Assembly (NCBI GenBank): GCA_951406725.2
Contig: OX597820.1
Location: forward strand, 43,028,001-43,092,000
From: Octopus vulgaris
Lineage: Eukaryota
Direction: 5' to 3'
Length of the DNA stretch: 64,000 bases
The position numbers were made by a program, and so were the translations under genes. The notes beneath the pieces were generated by a model. It was not told the DNA's origin, ran no database searches, and saw only the letters and a program-made list of their open reading frames with translations. This document shows positions 25,027-39,100 of the stretch, in pieces; position 1 is the first letter of the stretch, and each line of letters begins with the position of its first letter.

Positions 25027-25489
25027 GTAAATACACATATACACACACACGCACATAGATTTATAAATATACTCATGTGGTAGCCTGAGTCTTAGTGGAT
25101 AGTAATTTGTCTTACCAATTTTGTCCTCATGGTAGTAAGATTATGGTTCCATGGACATTGTGATGTATGACGTTCTTGCGCAAAGTTCTTCATTCCACGT
25201 CGCCCCAGTTCATTTAGCTCGCAAACATGAGTAAACTTGCGACACACGGGCGTCCTCTCCAGTGAGGAACGTGTACTCAACAGTATCCGGAAACTGGCGT
25301 TATGAGCCTAAGAGCTGGACGTTCCATTGATCTTCATATATAGTGTGTATGTGTGTGTGTGTTTGTGTACATACACATACACACTATATATATATATACA
25401 CACACACACGTATATATATATATATATATATATATGTCTATATATACAGAGAGGGATAGAGAGAGTTAGAGATAGCTAGCTAGCTAGCT

Positions 25490-25499
25490 AGATAGATAT

Positions 25500-25541
<42 letters not shown>

Positions 25542-25566
25542 GGATGGATGGATGGATGGATGGATG

Positions 25567-25642
<76 letters not shown>
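25490..25642 (+). repeat. (GATA)n/(GATG)n microsatellite, left flank of the LINE
   Basis: Direct reading. Confidence 0.95.
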
Positions 25643-26767
25643 TGTTTCTTTATTAGCTACACAGGGCTGCACACAGATAGAACAAATTACAAGGTAGAGC
25701 TTTTCTTTTGAAGGTTTAAAAAAAAAAAGAAAGGAAGGGGGAGTTTCGATCAAAAGGGATCGTAAAAGGAGAGAAAGAGGACAAAAAATAGGGGGTTAAA
25801 AAAAAAGGGGGAGAGGAAAAAAAATTGATCAATAGGGATCGTTATCACAGAAATGTCAATATGAAGTGTAAAGGGGAGGACAGGTGAGGTTTACCCGTGG
25901 AAAGAAAAGCCTACGGAAAAGACCACGGTAACCTCGGTCAATGAAGTCACATTTTATATTTCTTTTTTTTTTTTTTTTTTTTGCAAATAAGCAACTCTCT
26001 GTTTTCGATTTCTGGGTTCATAGGATTATGCTCAAGGTGGCTTCGTCATTCATACGTGCCATTCTTGCTACATTCACCCATCTTTTTTTAAAACATTCGC
26101 TAGACAAAACTTGCCTCTCTACTCTCACTTTCCTTTTCAAGTGGTACTTGAAGAAGTTGATGAGAGATTGACCAGAGAGGAAAGTGTTTGTCTCCAATCC
26201 TTTCAGACGCGTCCACCAGATACATTCTTTCGCCATAGCCACAAGGATGATGAAAATAGCTCTTCCTTCCCGTTTGAAGGAAGGAGGCGTGACAATATTG
26301 ACGATAGACTCAGCTGATAAACCGACTCGTCCCACACGTGACAGCAGTTGTTCGACATAAGCCCACAGGTCGGAAATTGTTGGACACTGAACGAGTGCGT
26401 GCAGAACGGTTTCGTCGCTCTGACCGCATCTCGGGCAGGTCGGCCCCGTGTTTCTCGAGCCGTGTCTGTAGAGCTTATCCCGAACGGGTAGCGCTTCTCG
26501 GTAGCACTGCCAGGCCAGGGATCTCTGGAAGTTGTCCATGGGCCCTGGCCCGAAAGTCGTCCTGAACAGGCGGGTCAGGTACTCCTCGTCGACGTCCAGG
26601 TTCGCCCGAGCTCGTCGTCGTACCTCCCCTCCACTAAACCCCTATAGAATGCTTTGGTTGTGTTGAAGTCACTTAAGGTCGACCCAGGACGGCAGAGTTG
26701 CTTGAGAGCAACGCGACACTCGCGGTGCCATTCGCCCTTCCTCGGCCTCTTTTTGATCCACGACTGC
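25643..26767 (-). mobile_element. 5'-truncated Tx1/L1-type non-LTR retrotransposon
   Basis: ORF2 C-terminus plus a 3' UTR ending AATAAAGAAACA directly into (TATC)n. Confidence 0.88.
26018..26766 (-). pseudogene. LINE ORF2 C-terminal region with zinc-binding (zf-RVT-like) domain; one frameshift near 26606
   Basis: ALPVRDKL..CPRCGQSDETVLHALVQC..LW and AKECIWWTR are typical of Tx1/L1 ORF2. The upstream frame [18 protein letters not shown]...KAFYRGL joins after restoring one base. Confidence 0.88.
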
Positions 26768-26835
<68 letters not shown>

Positions 26836-26849
26836 AGGATGGATGGATG

Positions 26850-26930
<81 letters not shown>
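26768..26930 (+). repeat. (GATA)n microsatellite, right flank of the LINE
   Basis: Direct reading. Confidence 0.95.
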
Positions 26931-27755
26931 GGAAAATGAGAAAGCGAAACATTTGGTGGCACTTGAAAAACATTTAATTTAAACAGAGATTAAACAGAGC
27001 TAGAGTCGCTTACTGGTGTTTCCAGAATAGCAAAGCTTTTTGATCAAAATGAAGAATATCCCCAATCGAGGAATTTGTTCCTTACATTTTATCGAAAAAT
27101 GAAGGAAGGATCTGAGTAAGAACTACATGTGTTAGGTAATTCCATGATCAAATAAATAATAAAGTTAGAGGGAATGCCATTAGCAGTTCCATATATAAAG
27201 ACTTGATGATAATTCCTGGCAAAAATAGATCTATATAGATATATATTTATATTTACTTCGGGCTTCAACAAATTTTTCATGAACCAGATTTTCGCACAAG
27301 TCATTGGTCGATCACGAGCTACATTAGAAAACGCTTGATTAAGGTGTCATGCAGCGGGGATAAATAGGGTACTAAATAGGGTACTAAATAGGGTACTTCA
27401 TCACGTCGTTGAATAGGGTACCTTATAACCTCATCTCCCATACCTACGCCTACTGGTTGTATGTTTGAACCTTGTAAACTTTATCGTCATGAACTTTATC
27501 GTCATCATTATCATCATCTTTGCACTTCATCTGAATTGTAGATCAACTCTTAGATTTTTTTCACGCTCCCAGAACATAACATACTGTTATTTTTCATTCA
27601 ATTTTTCTTTAACTCAGACTAAAACGCCTATGATGGATCGGAAATGTATACGCTTACAGAAATTCTATTATAGATGTGTGTATATACTACACACATGCAC
27701 ACACACACATATATATATATATAGATAGATACATACATATATACATACATACATC

Positions 27756-27874
<119 letters not shown>

Positions 27875-28369
27875 TCACACACAAATATATATATATAATA
27901 CATATATACTACATTCTACGAACATACATACACACACACACATACACACACATATTATATATATATATATAATTTAAATAATTTCATCGACTTTTTTTCC
28001 CCTCAAAATGAATATTTTTAGATTTATCAGTTAGGTATATTTAGTTGGAATTATTCACACTTAGGAAAATAAACTTGTTTATAATTTATTTACTTATTTT
28101 ACATTCAAAGTTAAATTACCGTTTAAAATCATTGCTTAGGTAATGGAAATATCGCTTCCGTGTTTGCTTAAATTGTGTTTTTAAAACTAGTTTGTTATTG
28201 TGCTAAATTTTTATTATTTTATTCTTGTTTCAATTATCTCTTCCAACCATTTAACATTAGATTCAAAAAATCAGAATGTCCTCTTAAAATAGCAATAGAA
28301 ATGATTTGTTAAAATTCTGCATTACCAGGATGGCATAACATTAACAACAAAACCAATTATTCTTTTTTC

Positions 28370-28530
28370 TACTATAGGCACAAAGCCCCAAATATATCGG
28401 GAAGGGATTAGTCGATTACATCGACCCCGGTGCTGAACAGGAGCTTATCTTATCGACCCCGTAAGGATTAAAGGGAAAGTCGACTTCGGTGAAATTCGAA
28501 CCCAGGAATTAATACCGGAAGAAATGCTAC
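28370..28530 (-). mobile_element. SINE-2 3' part
   Basis: AGTCGATTACATCGACCCC...TATCGACCCCGTAAGGATTAAAGGGAAAGTCGAC. Confidence 0.7.
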
Positions 28531-28779
28531 TGTAGAAAACAAGAACTATTCTTTCTATTATTCTAACCTGCAATTTCGGCGTTGGATTTTTTCCGTCAAT
28601 TACATCAAAGCCATTGTTTTTCTTGTACTTATCTCATCTACCCAAAAAGGTTCAAAGACAAAGTCGACTACTGCAGAAATTGAATTCACAAAACAACATC
28701 AACCACACAACAACAACAACAACAAAAACAAAAATAACAACAACAACAACAACAATAATAATAATAATAATAATAATAA

Positions 28780-28922
28780 GGGCTACAGCAAATATTCTGC
28801 TCAATACCACAGATTTTCTTGTCAGTTGTTTGACCTTAACCAGTTGACCATGTCCTTTAGTGGATGAAGAAATGTGCATCTCTGATCACAAGCAGAAGTA
28901 GTGGGGGAGCACCACAGCCGCA
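28780..28922 (+). mobile_element. Fragment of the (TAA)n-embedded non-coding element
   Basis: Matches about 50407-50548 and begins immediately after (TAA)n. Confidence 0.85.
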
Positions 28923-29756
28923 TAATGATGGACGAAATACAAGTCCTGCTAATTATTATTATTATTATTATCATTATTATCATTACTATTATTGTATTAA
29001 TCTCTAACAAAAGCACAGGGACCCATACTTGAGGAAATGTTTTTTGTTGATTGAAGGAATCGCAATAGTTGAGAGGTACTTTAATTTATTGACACCCGAA
29101 AGGCAATGAAATTAAATTCCTATAATATAACAATTCCTCCAATTTTATCTACCATTATAATCAAACCCTTTCTAAAATATTCCATTGTCTATCTTAGAAT
29201 ACAGCTACCCATTCTCTGGCTTCTGATATCTTAAGCTGAAGCCGCTGCGTTGCAATAAAGTCTAGATTCTGGACTCAGAGTATGTTCCTCCTTTCCTCAC
29301 TTCCCTTCTCTATTTTCAAAGGCATGAAAAATGTTATAGAGGATTCGCCTCCCTTGTAACTAAGCTATTGAAAGAAGCTTAAAATATCATCTTTATATAA
29401 ATCAAATTCGAAATAACATTTCATTTGAAGACATTTTACTTGCAGCTTTATAAACAAGGTTGAATATGTTGGTATTACCCGACACTATTTTTTCTATATA
29501 ATTCTTAACTTAATTGACTGATAAAGTATGGATCAAAATTTAGAATGTAATCTATAATAGAAACAGATTTATATCATTTGTCAAATAACTGAATTGCAGG
29601 CTGTGTTTAAAAAAAACTCATTTTAAAAACGAATGATTTCGGTTTCAGTCTTACTGCACATCACATTGAGCATGTGTTTTCCACAATATCCACGGGCCTT
29701 GTGAATGAATTTCGTACACGGAAACTTAGTGTGTGTGAGATGTGTGTATATATATA

Positions 29757-30575
29757 TAAGGTTAATCCAAACGGGAAAACAGAAAAAACAACAACACGTG
29801 GAACAATTAAAGTATTATTATTAGGCGCTCAGGAAAGAGGGAAGTAGGAGGGTATGACGTTTCGAGCGGAGCTCTTCGTCGGAAACATAAGAGAAGGAAG
29901 GAAGAGAGATCCCGAGGTGGGCGAACGGAGGGAAAAAAACGCGACTGGTTTTTACGAAGTAAACATGCTGAAAGGCCGGAAGTTTTGGATAACGGGGGCT
30001 AGTTTTTAAAGACAAAAGAGCGGAGAAAGGAAGGTTGGTAACAACTCGATGAATAGGAAAGATAATGTGTATGTATGTGTGAGTGTGTACGTGTGCGTGT
30101 GTGTATGTGTGTGAGGCGAGATAAGAAAAAAATATATGTATATATTAGTGCGTGCGTCTGTATGTAAGTGTGTGTACGTAGGGCGAAAGGTAGTTGACAT
30201 AGCAGTAGCAAGTGAGTGGTCAGTGGTAAAAGGAGGAAGGAGGGAATGGGTGGGGGCGTATGTAACGTGCCAGTGTGTGTGTTGAGTGGTAGTGTGTGTG
30301 TGTCCAGTGTGCGTAGTTGTATGTATGGCAAGTAAATTTGAAGTGTGTGTAAGTGTAATGTATATATATATATATGCAAATGTGTGTGTGAGTGCGTGGG
30401 AGTGGGTGTATGTATGTGTGTGCGTGTGTGTACAAAAGGGGGGTATTAAGCAAACAAACTGCAACTGAGGGAAAGATGGAAAAGTGCTCCCGCGGTGACA
30501 GGCGTACGAGAACCCCAAGAAAACGCCGGCCCCAGATACGAACAGGAGATCTAGTCGGTACCCACGGGCGTGGTG
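29757..30575 (-). mobile_element. Hammerhead-bearing repeat (family B), long form
   Basis: About 29757-29960 is homologous to 8040-8258, followed by a GT-rich body and a GC-rich block at 30450-30575. The upstream limit is uncertain. Confidence 0.6.
29852..29886 (-). ncRNA. Minimal hammerhead motif, CCGACGA core, GUC triplet (family B)
   Basis: GTTT-CCGACGA-A-GAGC[TCC]GCTC-GAAAC-GTC-ATAC; one stem I mismatch. Confidence 0.65.
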
Positions 30576-31654
30576 CATGCATGTGTGTATGCGTGCACGA
30601 ACGCGCACATGCATGTATGTGGGCGCGCCTGCGAGTGTGTGTGTAAGTATGTGTGTGTGTGTGGATATGTGAGTGTGTCTGTGTGTATGTCTGGGTGTCA
30701 GTGTGTCCGAATGAATGTATGTAAGTATGTGTGTGTATATGTTTGTGTATAGATGTATGTCCGTGTGTATGTGTGTGTGTATGTGTATAAGTGTGTATGT
30801 ATGTACGTGTGTGTGTGTGGAAGTGTGTGTATGTGCATGTCTGTGCGCGTGCATGCAAGTGTGTGAGTGAGTGTGTATGTGTATGTATGTGTGAGTGTGT
30901 ATGTCTGTGTGTATAGGATGCATGTATGTGTATGGGTGTATGTATGTGTGTGTGTATGTATGTATGTGTACGTGCGTGTGTGTGTGTGTATGCATGTATG
31001 CGTACATGTGTATGTATGTATGTGTACGTGCGCGTGTGCATGCATGCATGTGCGTATGTATGTGTGTGTGTGTGTGCATGTGTGTAAGTATATATGTATG
31101 TGCGTATATGTGTGTGTATGTGCGTACAGGTGTGTGTGTGTATAGGTGTATGTATGTATGTATGTATGGGTGTGTCCATGTATGTGTGTGTATGCATGTG
31201 TGTGTATGTAGGTGTGTGGGCGTGTGTGTATAGGTGTATGTATGTATGTATGTATGTATGGGTTTGTCCGTGTATGTTTGTGTGTGTGTGTGTAAGTATG
31301 GGTGAGGGTATGAGTGTATGCAGGTGTGTGTGTACGTATGTAATATATGTATGTATGCGTGTGTGTGCGTGTGTATGTGTGTGTGTGTGTGTATGTAGGT
31401 GTATGTGTGTGGGAGTGTAGGTGTGTGTGTGCGTGTATGTGTGCGTGTGCGTGTATATGTTGGTTTGTGTGTATGTGAGTGTGAGTGTATGGGTGTGTGT
31501 CATGCATGTGTGTGCGCGTGCAGGTGAGTGTGTGTGTAAGTATGTGTGTGTGTATGTATGTGTGAGTGTGTATGTGTGTATGTCTGTGTGTATGCATGTG
31601 CGTATAGGAGTATGTAAGTATGTGTGTGTGTATGTGTATGGGTGTATGCATGTA

Positions 31655-31705
<51 letters not shown>

Positions 31706-32165
31706 ATGTGTGTATGGGTGTGTGTCTGTGTGTGTTTGTGTGTGTGTAGGCGTGTGTGTATAGGTGTATGTATGTATGGGTGTGTGTCTGTGTGTGTTTG
31801 TGTGTGTGTGTGTAGGTATGTGTGTATGTATGAGTGAAGGTATGGCTGTGTAGGTGTGTGTATGTATGAATGTAAGTGTGTGTGTGTACAAGTGTAATGT
31901 ATGTATGTAGGTGTGTGTGTATGTGTGCGTGTGCGTGTATATGTGTGTGTGTGTGTATGCGTGTGAGTGTGAGTGTATGGGTGTATGTCTGTGTGTGTGT
32001 ATGTCTTAAGTATGTATGTGTGTGTATGCATGTATGTGTGTGTGTGTGCGGGTATGTGTGTGTGTGTGTGTGTGTATGTGTGTGTAAGTATGTGTGCGTG
32101 TATGTATGTGGGTAGGGATGCATGCGTGTGTGTGTGTATGTATGTGTACATACGCACGCACACAC
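30576..32165 (+). repeat. Compound degenerate (GT)n/(ATGT)n array, about 1.6 kb
   Basis: Direct reading; accounts for the 671, 397 and 357 aa His/Thr-rich ORFs. Confidence 0.95.
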
Positions 32166-32227
32166 ACGAAGCACGCCCACATATATATATATATATATAT
32201 ATATACAGAGTGAGAGAGAGATGCAGT

Positions 32228-32548
32228 GAAGGCATATAGCTTAATGGTTAGGGTATTCGGCACATTATCGCAAGGTTGTCATTTAAAGTCTCAGCGACGC
32301 GTTGTATCCTTGAGCAAGACACTTTATTTCACGTTGTTTGAATTCACATAGTTGACAAAAACGCGTAATAACTCTATTTGAAAGGGCCAGGCTTCTAACA
32401 CTCTGTGTCATGCTGAATTTCCTTGAAAACTACCTTAAAGGTACGTGTATCTGTAGACTGGTGAGCCACTTGCACGTTAATTTCACGAGAAGGGTGTTCC
32501 GTTGATCGGATCAACTGGAACCCACGTCGTCGTAATCGACGGAATGCC
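32228..32548 (+). mobile_element. tRNA-derived SINE (SINE-3)
   Basis: GGCATATAGCTTAATGGTTAGGG A-box-like head and GTATCCTTGAGCAAGACACTT central motif; ends GACGGAATGCC. Confidence 0.7.
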
Positions 32549-33537
32549 GTGGGTAAGGCCAGCCAGAACAATAAGAAGTAAATGCAAGGCAAATCCCAAG
32601 AAAACAAATATATTAATTAACGTAGACTTACTTTGTATTCAATATTTCGTGGTTATGATCCCATTTTCATGTATGAATGTTTGTGTATGTGTGAGAGAGA
32701 GTGAGAGAGCGACAGAGACACAGATAGACAGCGAGGGAATGAGTATCTGTGTGCAGTACGTGTGTGTATTTGTGTTTGTCATCCGATGCCGGCCAAATGA
32801 TGTGTGCATCAATTTATTTCTAACACGTTCTTGCTAACTCAAATATGGAAATGGTATTTGGCTGCCGAATTTTTCGGAAAAGAATTTTCATTCACAGTTC
32901 AGTTTTAGTTCCAGCGTGGCATGCCTTAGTACATATTCCCAATATTATTATAATTATTATTATTTTTTTTTTTTTTGCTGATTTTTTTATAGGAACAGAA
33001 GCTTTTGCTCAACTTTCTGTACTATTGAGGAAGCGAAATTAAACTGAAACATTAATGTGGAAGAATCTGCCTTATGTCATTTTGAGCCTGTTCTGTTTCT
33101 ACAAAAACCAAAAAGAAGATGTTCTTAGAAAGGAAATCATGCAGCGAATATCATTCTCACGTTCAAGTGTGCAAAAACATGCCACAAATAGATGTATTCA
33201 TCATTGCTTTTATCCACCCACGTTTGTGAGCATATACTGTACATAACGCGTGTGGACATAAACATAGCTATATTAACACAACTACAGTTATGTATATACT
33301 TTCACACGCGCGCGCGCATACACACACAAATGCACGCAGACAAACACATACAATCACACACACATATATACATACCGTTATACATATACATATATTTATT
33401 CAGACATGCACACACACAAACACATACACACACATACATATGTGCATACATATATACATGCAAAGAAGCATACGGAGATTGACGTTGCTGGATCAAATGT
33501 ATATATGTGCAAAACAACCAGCATCCTTTTATTTTAC

Positions 33538-33634
<97 letters not shown>

Positions 33635-34542
33635 TGTGTGTGTGTGTAAGCGTATACATGTATATATAAGCAGTCGTATGTATGCATTTACTTAGAAATC
33701 TCTGTGCACCTGTATGTGCATTTCTATATGTGAATATATCTACTTATGAGTGTGCATGTGTCTATGATTATGTATTTGCACATGTATTAACATTACGTAT
33801 AAAGAATAACAAAAAATATATAGAATAAACGCACAATGAGATTATCGACATTGGACACTTGTTTGGCATAGAAAAGGCTAAACCTGTCGTATTTTTTCGT
33901 CATCTCTGCATAACATCCGAGACCTATTTTAATAACTGTCCTAAAACATAAAATTTACGCTGTCACGAAACGATGAAGAATATCAAACATAACATTTCGA
34001 CCTTTCTGTCTCTTTAAACTGTATCTACTGGGTGTACAATCTGATAATAGCGCATACGGTGTCAGTATTTCTTCTTGTCTGTTTTTTTTTTTTTTTTGCC
34101 TGGAATAAATATTCTTCGTTTCTAGTAATTGTTTATAATATAATAACAGGGAAATCATCTTGTCAAAATCACTCCTTTAAGATAAATACCAGATGACTGG
34201 TAAAAAAATTTATTCCTTTTGTCTCAGAAATGCTCAAAGCTTACAATGAAAACGTAGATATAAAACAACTGACAATATATTTTGTGACAAGTTTGTTTTC
34301 TCATCATTAATTAAATACTCTAATTAAACTACATGTCATTCTTACTCTTTATTGTTTAAATGAACCACTGAAGGGTCTATGGCTGACGTACCTCTAAGGA
34401 AAAAAATGGTGCTGTATAAAAGTATATATTCAGTGACTCAAGTGGATAAAATTGATTTGATTCTTACTGATATATATATATATATATATAGGCAAAGAAG
34501 ATAGTTATAAAATTTCTGTAAGAGATGAATGCACTAACTGTA

Positions 34543-34921
34543 CCGGCAAATAATGTTTGTCACCACTTCAACAAACGGATGTCACTGCGATTTTTAAACC
34601 CCAAAATGATATTTCTTCTAGCCGGTTAATGGTGCAACCTGAATCCGATATACTGCGAGCACGGGAGTGATTCCTACCACCTTCTAGCGACGGGGCCAGT
34701 AGCCTAGCCTGGTTTCATGCTCTTTCTACCCTCCCTCAGCGCTGGACGCATCTGCTACAGTCACGTCGCTAGAAGGTGGTGGGAGCTTGCTCCCTTGCTC
34801 GCAGTATATCTAATGCAGGTTGCTTCTTTAATCAGCTAGAATAAAGACCTTGGGGTTAAAAAAATAGCGATATCCGCTCGAACGGAACAGCCATGTTGAA
34901 GTGACGATAAACATTACCTGA
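34543..34921. mobile_element. Foldback/MITE-like element, imperfect 380-bp palindrome
   Basis: Paired blocks include TAATGTTTGTCACCACTTCAACA with TGTTGAAGTGACGATAAACATTA, GATATACTGCGAGCA with TGCTCGCAGTATATC, and ACCACCTTCTAGCGACG with CGTCGCTAGAAGGTGGT. TA at both ends. Confidence 0.8.
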
Positions 34922-35717
34922 TATATATATATACACATATATGTTTGTGTGTGTGTGTTCATGTGCGTGTGTGTGTTTCCCTTTGAATTAACTCACTATT
35001 TAAAAGATGGTAAAGTTCCAAGATCGTTAGAGTGATGGCTCAACTTTATAGTATTGTTTATTTTGTCTCTTTGCCCACTTAGTTCAAATCACGCCGCCAT
35101 CAACTTTGACTTCTATACGCTTGATGTCGTAAAAATATCACAAATCCAAGTCGGTGGATTTGCGAAATTTTAACAACATTGTATCGGATGTTTTGTATCG
35201 GATGTTTTGTGCTATTTGTTCAGGATAGTTTCCTTTCTAAACTCAAATCTTGCCTTAGACTATTTGGTGTTAACAATACCTGTCATTATGGCCCGCTTCA
35301 CTGGTTTTCATTCGTGTCAGTTCTCCACTCCGTCGTGATATACTTTGTTTATTTAATTAATCTTTGTATATTTTATATCGAAATTGTTGAACAATAGCAT
35401 TGAATACGGGCTTCTAAATACCTCCAAAAATGATGCCGTTGATGACAGGTGAGAAACCGAAACACGGTGCAAATTATTATTCATATACATCGATACACCT
35501 ACGAAGGACACACACACACACACGCACACGCACATACATATTTGTCTATCTGTTTATCAATCTCTCTCTTTCTCTTTCTCCCTCTCCCCCTCTCTCTCTC
35601 TCTCTATATATATATATACCCTCCGTCACTAGAATCTGACGAGTCGTCTATAACGCTAAGCGCTTTCTTGATGCGAAACCATTGTTTACTATGTTTGGAC
35701 ATGCATTTAACTTGTAA

Positions 35718-35768
<51 letters not shown>

Positions 35769-35852
35769 CGTGTGTGTGTGCGTGCGTGTGTGTGTGAGGG
35801 AGAGTGATTTATTTAACTTGAAATGAAGTTATTCGTTTTGCCATCTCTATAT

Positions 35853-36067
35853 ACTTTTCTACTCCAGAAAGAAGGCCCGAAATTTTTGGGGAGCGGGCCA
35901 GTCGATTAGTTAGACCCCAGTACGCAACTGGTACTTAATTTAATCGACCCCGGAAGGATGATAGACAAAGTTGACCTCGGCGGAATTTGAACTCAGAACG
36001 TAAAGTGAGACGAAATACCGCTAAGCATTTCGCTCGGCGTGCTAACGTTTCTGCCAGTTTGCCGCCT
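35853..36067 (-). mobile_element. SINE-2, well preserved
   Basis: Reverse complement of AGGCGGC..CTGGCAGAAACGTTAGCACGCCG...GAGTTCAAATTCCGCCGAGGTC. Confidence 0.88.
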
Positions 36068-36844
36068 GTCTGCCATCTTTATATAGCTACAAACTGTCTC
36101 ACAAAATTTGACTTGTTCTCTTAATAAAGGCAGAACACGTTAGATAATTTCACTATCGCTCCTCTTATAATGACAATGAAATCATAATGAGAATGCCTTT
36201 CATAATAAGTATACACAATCAGAAGTTAATTCAGTCTTCTGGCAACATGAGTTTGAACCTAACCTATGTTGATGTCTTCGCCTTTCACTCTTCATTCGTC
36301 GATAATCAAAAAGTTATGTCAATAACATACTGACATCATTTGAAACGAAGATAAACTTTCCCAAGAAGGATATATAGTTTTGTGCCAGTGTCTTGAATAT
36401 ATATAGCATTATGCTGTATATAGCTTTGTGACAATATATCAAATCTATACCATTATAGCATATAGCCATGTCCCGATGTTTCAAGCCAATTATGCTACAC
36501 TATATATCTTTGTGTATATATGTATGTATTTATGTATGCATTTATGTACATAAATATATACATATGTAGCAGCATACATACACGCATACATATAGATAAA
36601 TTTAGCAATGCATTATAAGAATATTATTATTCACTTTAAAGCTGTATCCCAATGTATTAAACCAATGTTATTGCGGAATATATAGCTCTCTGGCAATGTA
36701 TTAGATCTATATAATCACAGAGTAGAATGAGGAATTTAGAACAACGAGATATTGTTATATTTTGTTTTTGCACAATTTTACGTTGTATCCACAGTATAAT
36801 CTTCACTTATGACAAAAACACGGTAATATTTTGTATCATATATA

Positions 36845-36897
<53 letters not shown>

Positions 36898-36899
<2 letters not shown>

Positions 36900-37717
36900 T
36901 ATATGCTTGTATATATGTATGTATATGTGTGTGTGCGTTTGTATGTACGTAAACATGCCCACACACCACGCGAGTGAGGGGACAAATGAAGAAACAACAT
37001 ATTTTGTAAGAATCACATGTATTTAGCAATGTTTATCACCACATCAATATGGATGTTCCATAGGAACCGACGTTACTATCATTTTTCAGATTCAATTCCT
37101 GTGCATGGCATCGAAGAAAAAATCTTTCATATCTTAGCGTCGATTTAAGAATAGTCAAATTTGACATCAAGTTTGGAAGGTACACACAGAAGAAATGTAC
37201 TCGCCTCTCCTTATTTCTTCTGTCCCTCTGCCTCTACATCTCTCTCTTCTCTCCCCATGTGACCAGTGTTCGACCAAGCCTGACATTTCTTTTTTGGTTT
37301 GGCCGCCGCCCGTGCAACATCTATATTCTTCCCTGTGTCTGTGAAATGTGGTATCCCTGCCGTAAGGCTTTACTTCCACACACGCCAGCTTTATTTAATT
37401 CGTTCTTAGTCGAAAGACAACAGTTCTTATGTCCTATTATTTGTATTTGTGTAGCATTCTTCGTTTGTTCCGTCCTTGTTTTCGTATACATTCGCTGCTT
37501 TCTTCCAAGGAATCTAACGCTCTTAGCTTAGTTTTTACCTGGGGCTGGCCAGATTAGAGCAATCTCAAGCATGACCAGCCGAAATTGCAAATATAATCAA
37601 GAACTCGACTGATGCTTTCCTCCGAATTAAACTTCGAATGACGTCTCCTTGTTTTCTTTGTATCGTTTATCTGGATGTTTTGCGTTCTTCTCCCATTTTG
37701 TATTTTTTATATATAGT

Positions 37718-37780
<63 letters not shown>

Positions 37781-38017
37781 CATATAAGGGAGTGCCCTAG
37801 CATGGCCTCAGTCTAATGATTAAAATAAAATAATAAATAAAAGATATATATATATGCTTATATATATGTATGTATTTATATGTGTGTCTGTGTGTGCGTT
37901 TGTATATATGTAAACATGTCGACGCACCACGCGAGTAAGTCAACAAATGAGGGAACAACATATTTTTAAGAATCACATGTATTTAGCAATGTTATCGCCA
38001 CATCAATATGGCTGTTC
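36898..38017 (+). repeat. Diverged 160-bp direct repeats (36898-37058 and 37849-38017)
   Basis: CACCACGCGAGT...AACAACATATTTT.TAAGAATCACATGTATTTAGCAATGTT..CCACATCAATATGG is in both. Confidence 0.85.
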
Positions 38018-38038
38018 TCTCTCTCTCTCTCTCTCTCT

Positions 38039-38165
<127 letters not shown>

Positions 38166-38350
38166 TTATTTATTTATATACACATATATAAATACAAACG
38201 TGTTACCGTTTTGCCTAGGCCCTTCCTAAATTACCAGATATAAACCACGTATGAATCCCCAGACCATTCGTAATGCTCATATCATGTGCTCCATGCGCAC
38301 TGTGGCAACAGCACGAATTTTGTGGGAAAAAGAAAATTCTCCACAATATG

Positions 38351-38382
<32 letters not shown>

Positions 38383-39100
38383 AAAAGTAATATAAAAGAG
38401 AACAACTTCGCCAGCTATGTTAGCAATCTAAATTATATCATCGTTTAATTTCAGTGTTTTGTGATTGCTATTTATATTGACACTTTTTTTTTTAACCAGA
38501 CCTAAAACTCCAGTGCGTTACAAAATGATTCTAACTTTAAAACTAATTTGACGTTAAATATAAGTAATATATCAGTTAGAATATGCGACAAAATGTCGAC
38601 AGAAAAATTACACTTGGACATAATTACTTCGAATTGAGAAGACAAAAATGTACAATAGTATGTTGAAACGAAATGAAATTTCTTTCGTATTTCGTGTCTC
38701 TCTTGCGTTAATCTATATGCACTAGCAATAATTTTGTGTGTCAGAGCAGTAAATAATATTTACTACGTTCTTTCGATAGAAATCTTTCTCATGTACTCGA
38801 ATTTTGGCGCCACTTTCCAGGAACAATCAGTATTCAGGAGACCAATCTTCTATTGTTTGGTACACAAAAATTATGCAGCAAGTATAGCATTAATGTATCA
38901 GTTGTATGCACGCTTAAAAAGTATATGCCATGCATTTACACATACAAAATTCACACGCATACGTGCATAAATATATGCACATATACAGAAATATACATAC
39001 GTATACGTACGTACGAATGTATATATATATATATATATATATATAGATACATACATATATATATATATATATATATGTATATCTATATGTATATATTTAT

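Noticed and set aside
27361-27422. TAAATAGGGTAC repeated three to four times
   Set aside because: Simple slippage repeat without spacers; not CRISPR-like.
30006-32263. Long ORFs of 671, 397, 357 and 226 aa
   Set aside because: Translations of a degenerate GT/ATGT array that lacks stop codons; no domain content.
37600-37650. CTGATG...CGAA hammerhead-like trace
   Set aside because: Core incomplete and no convincing stems.
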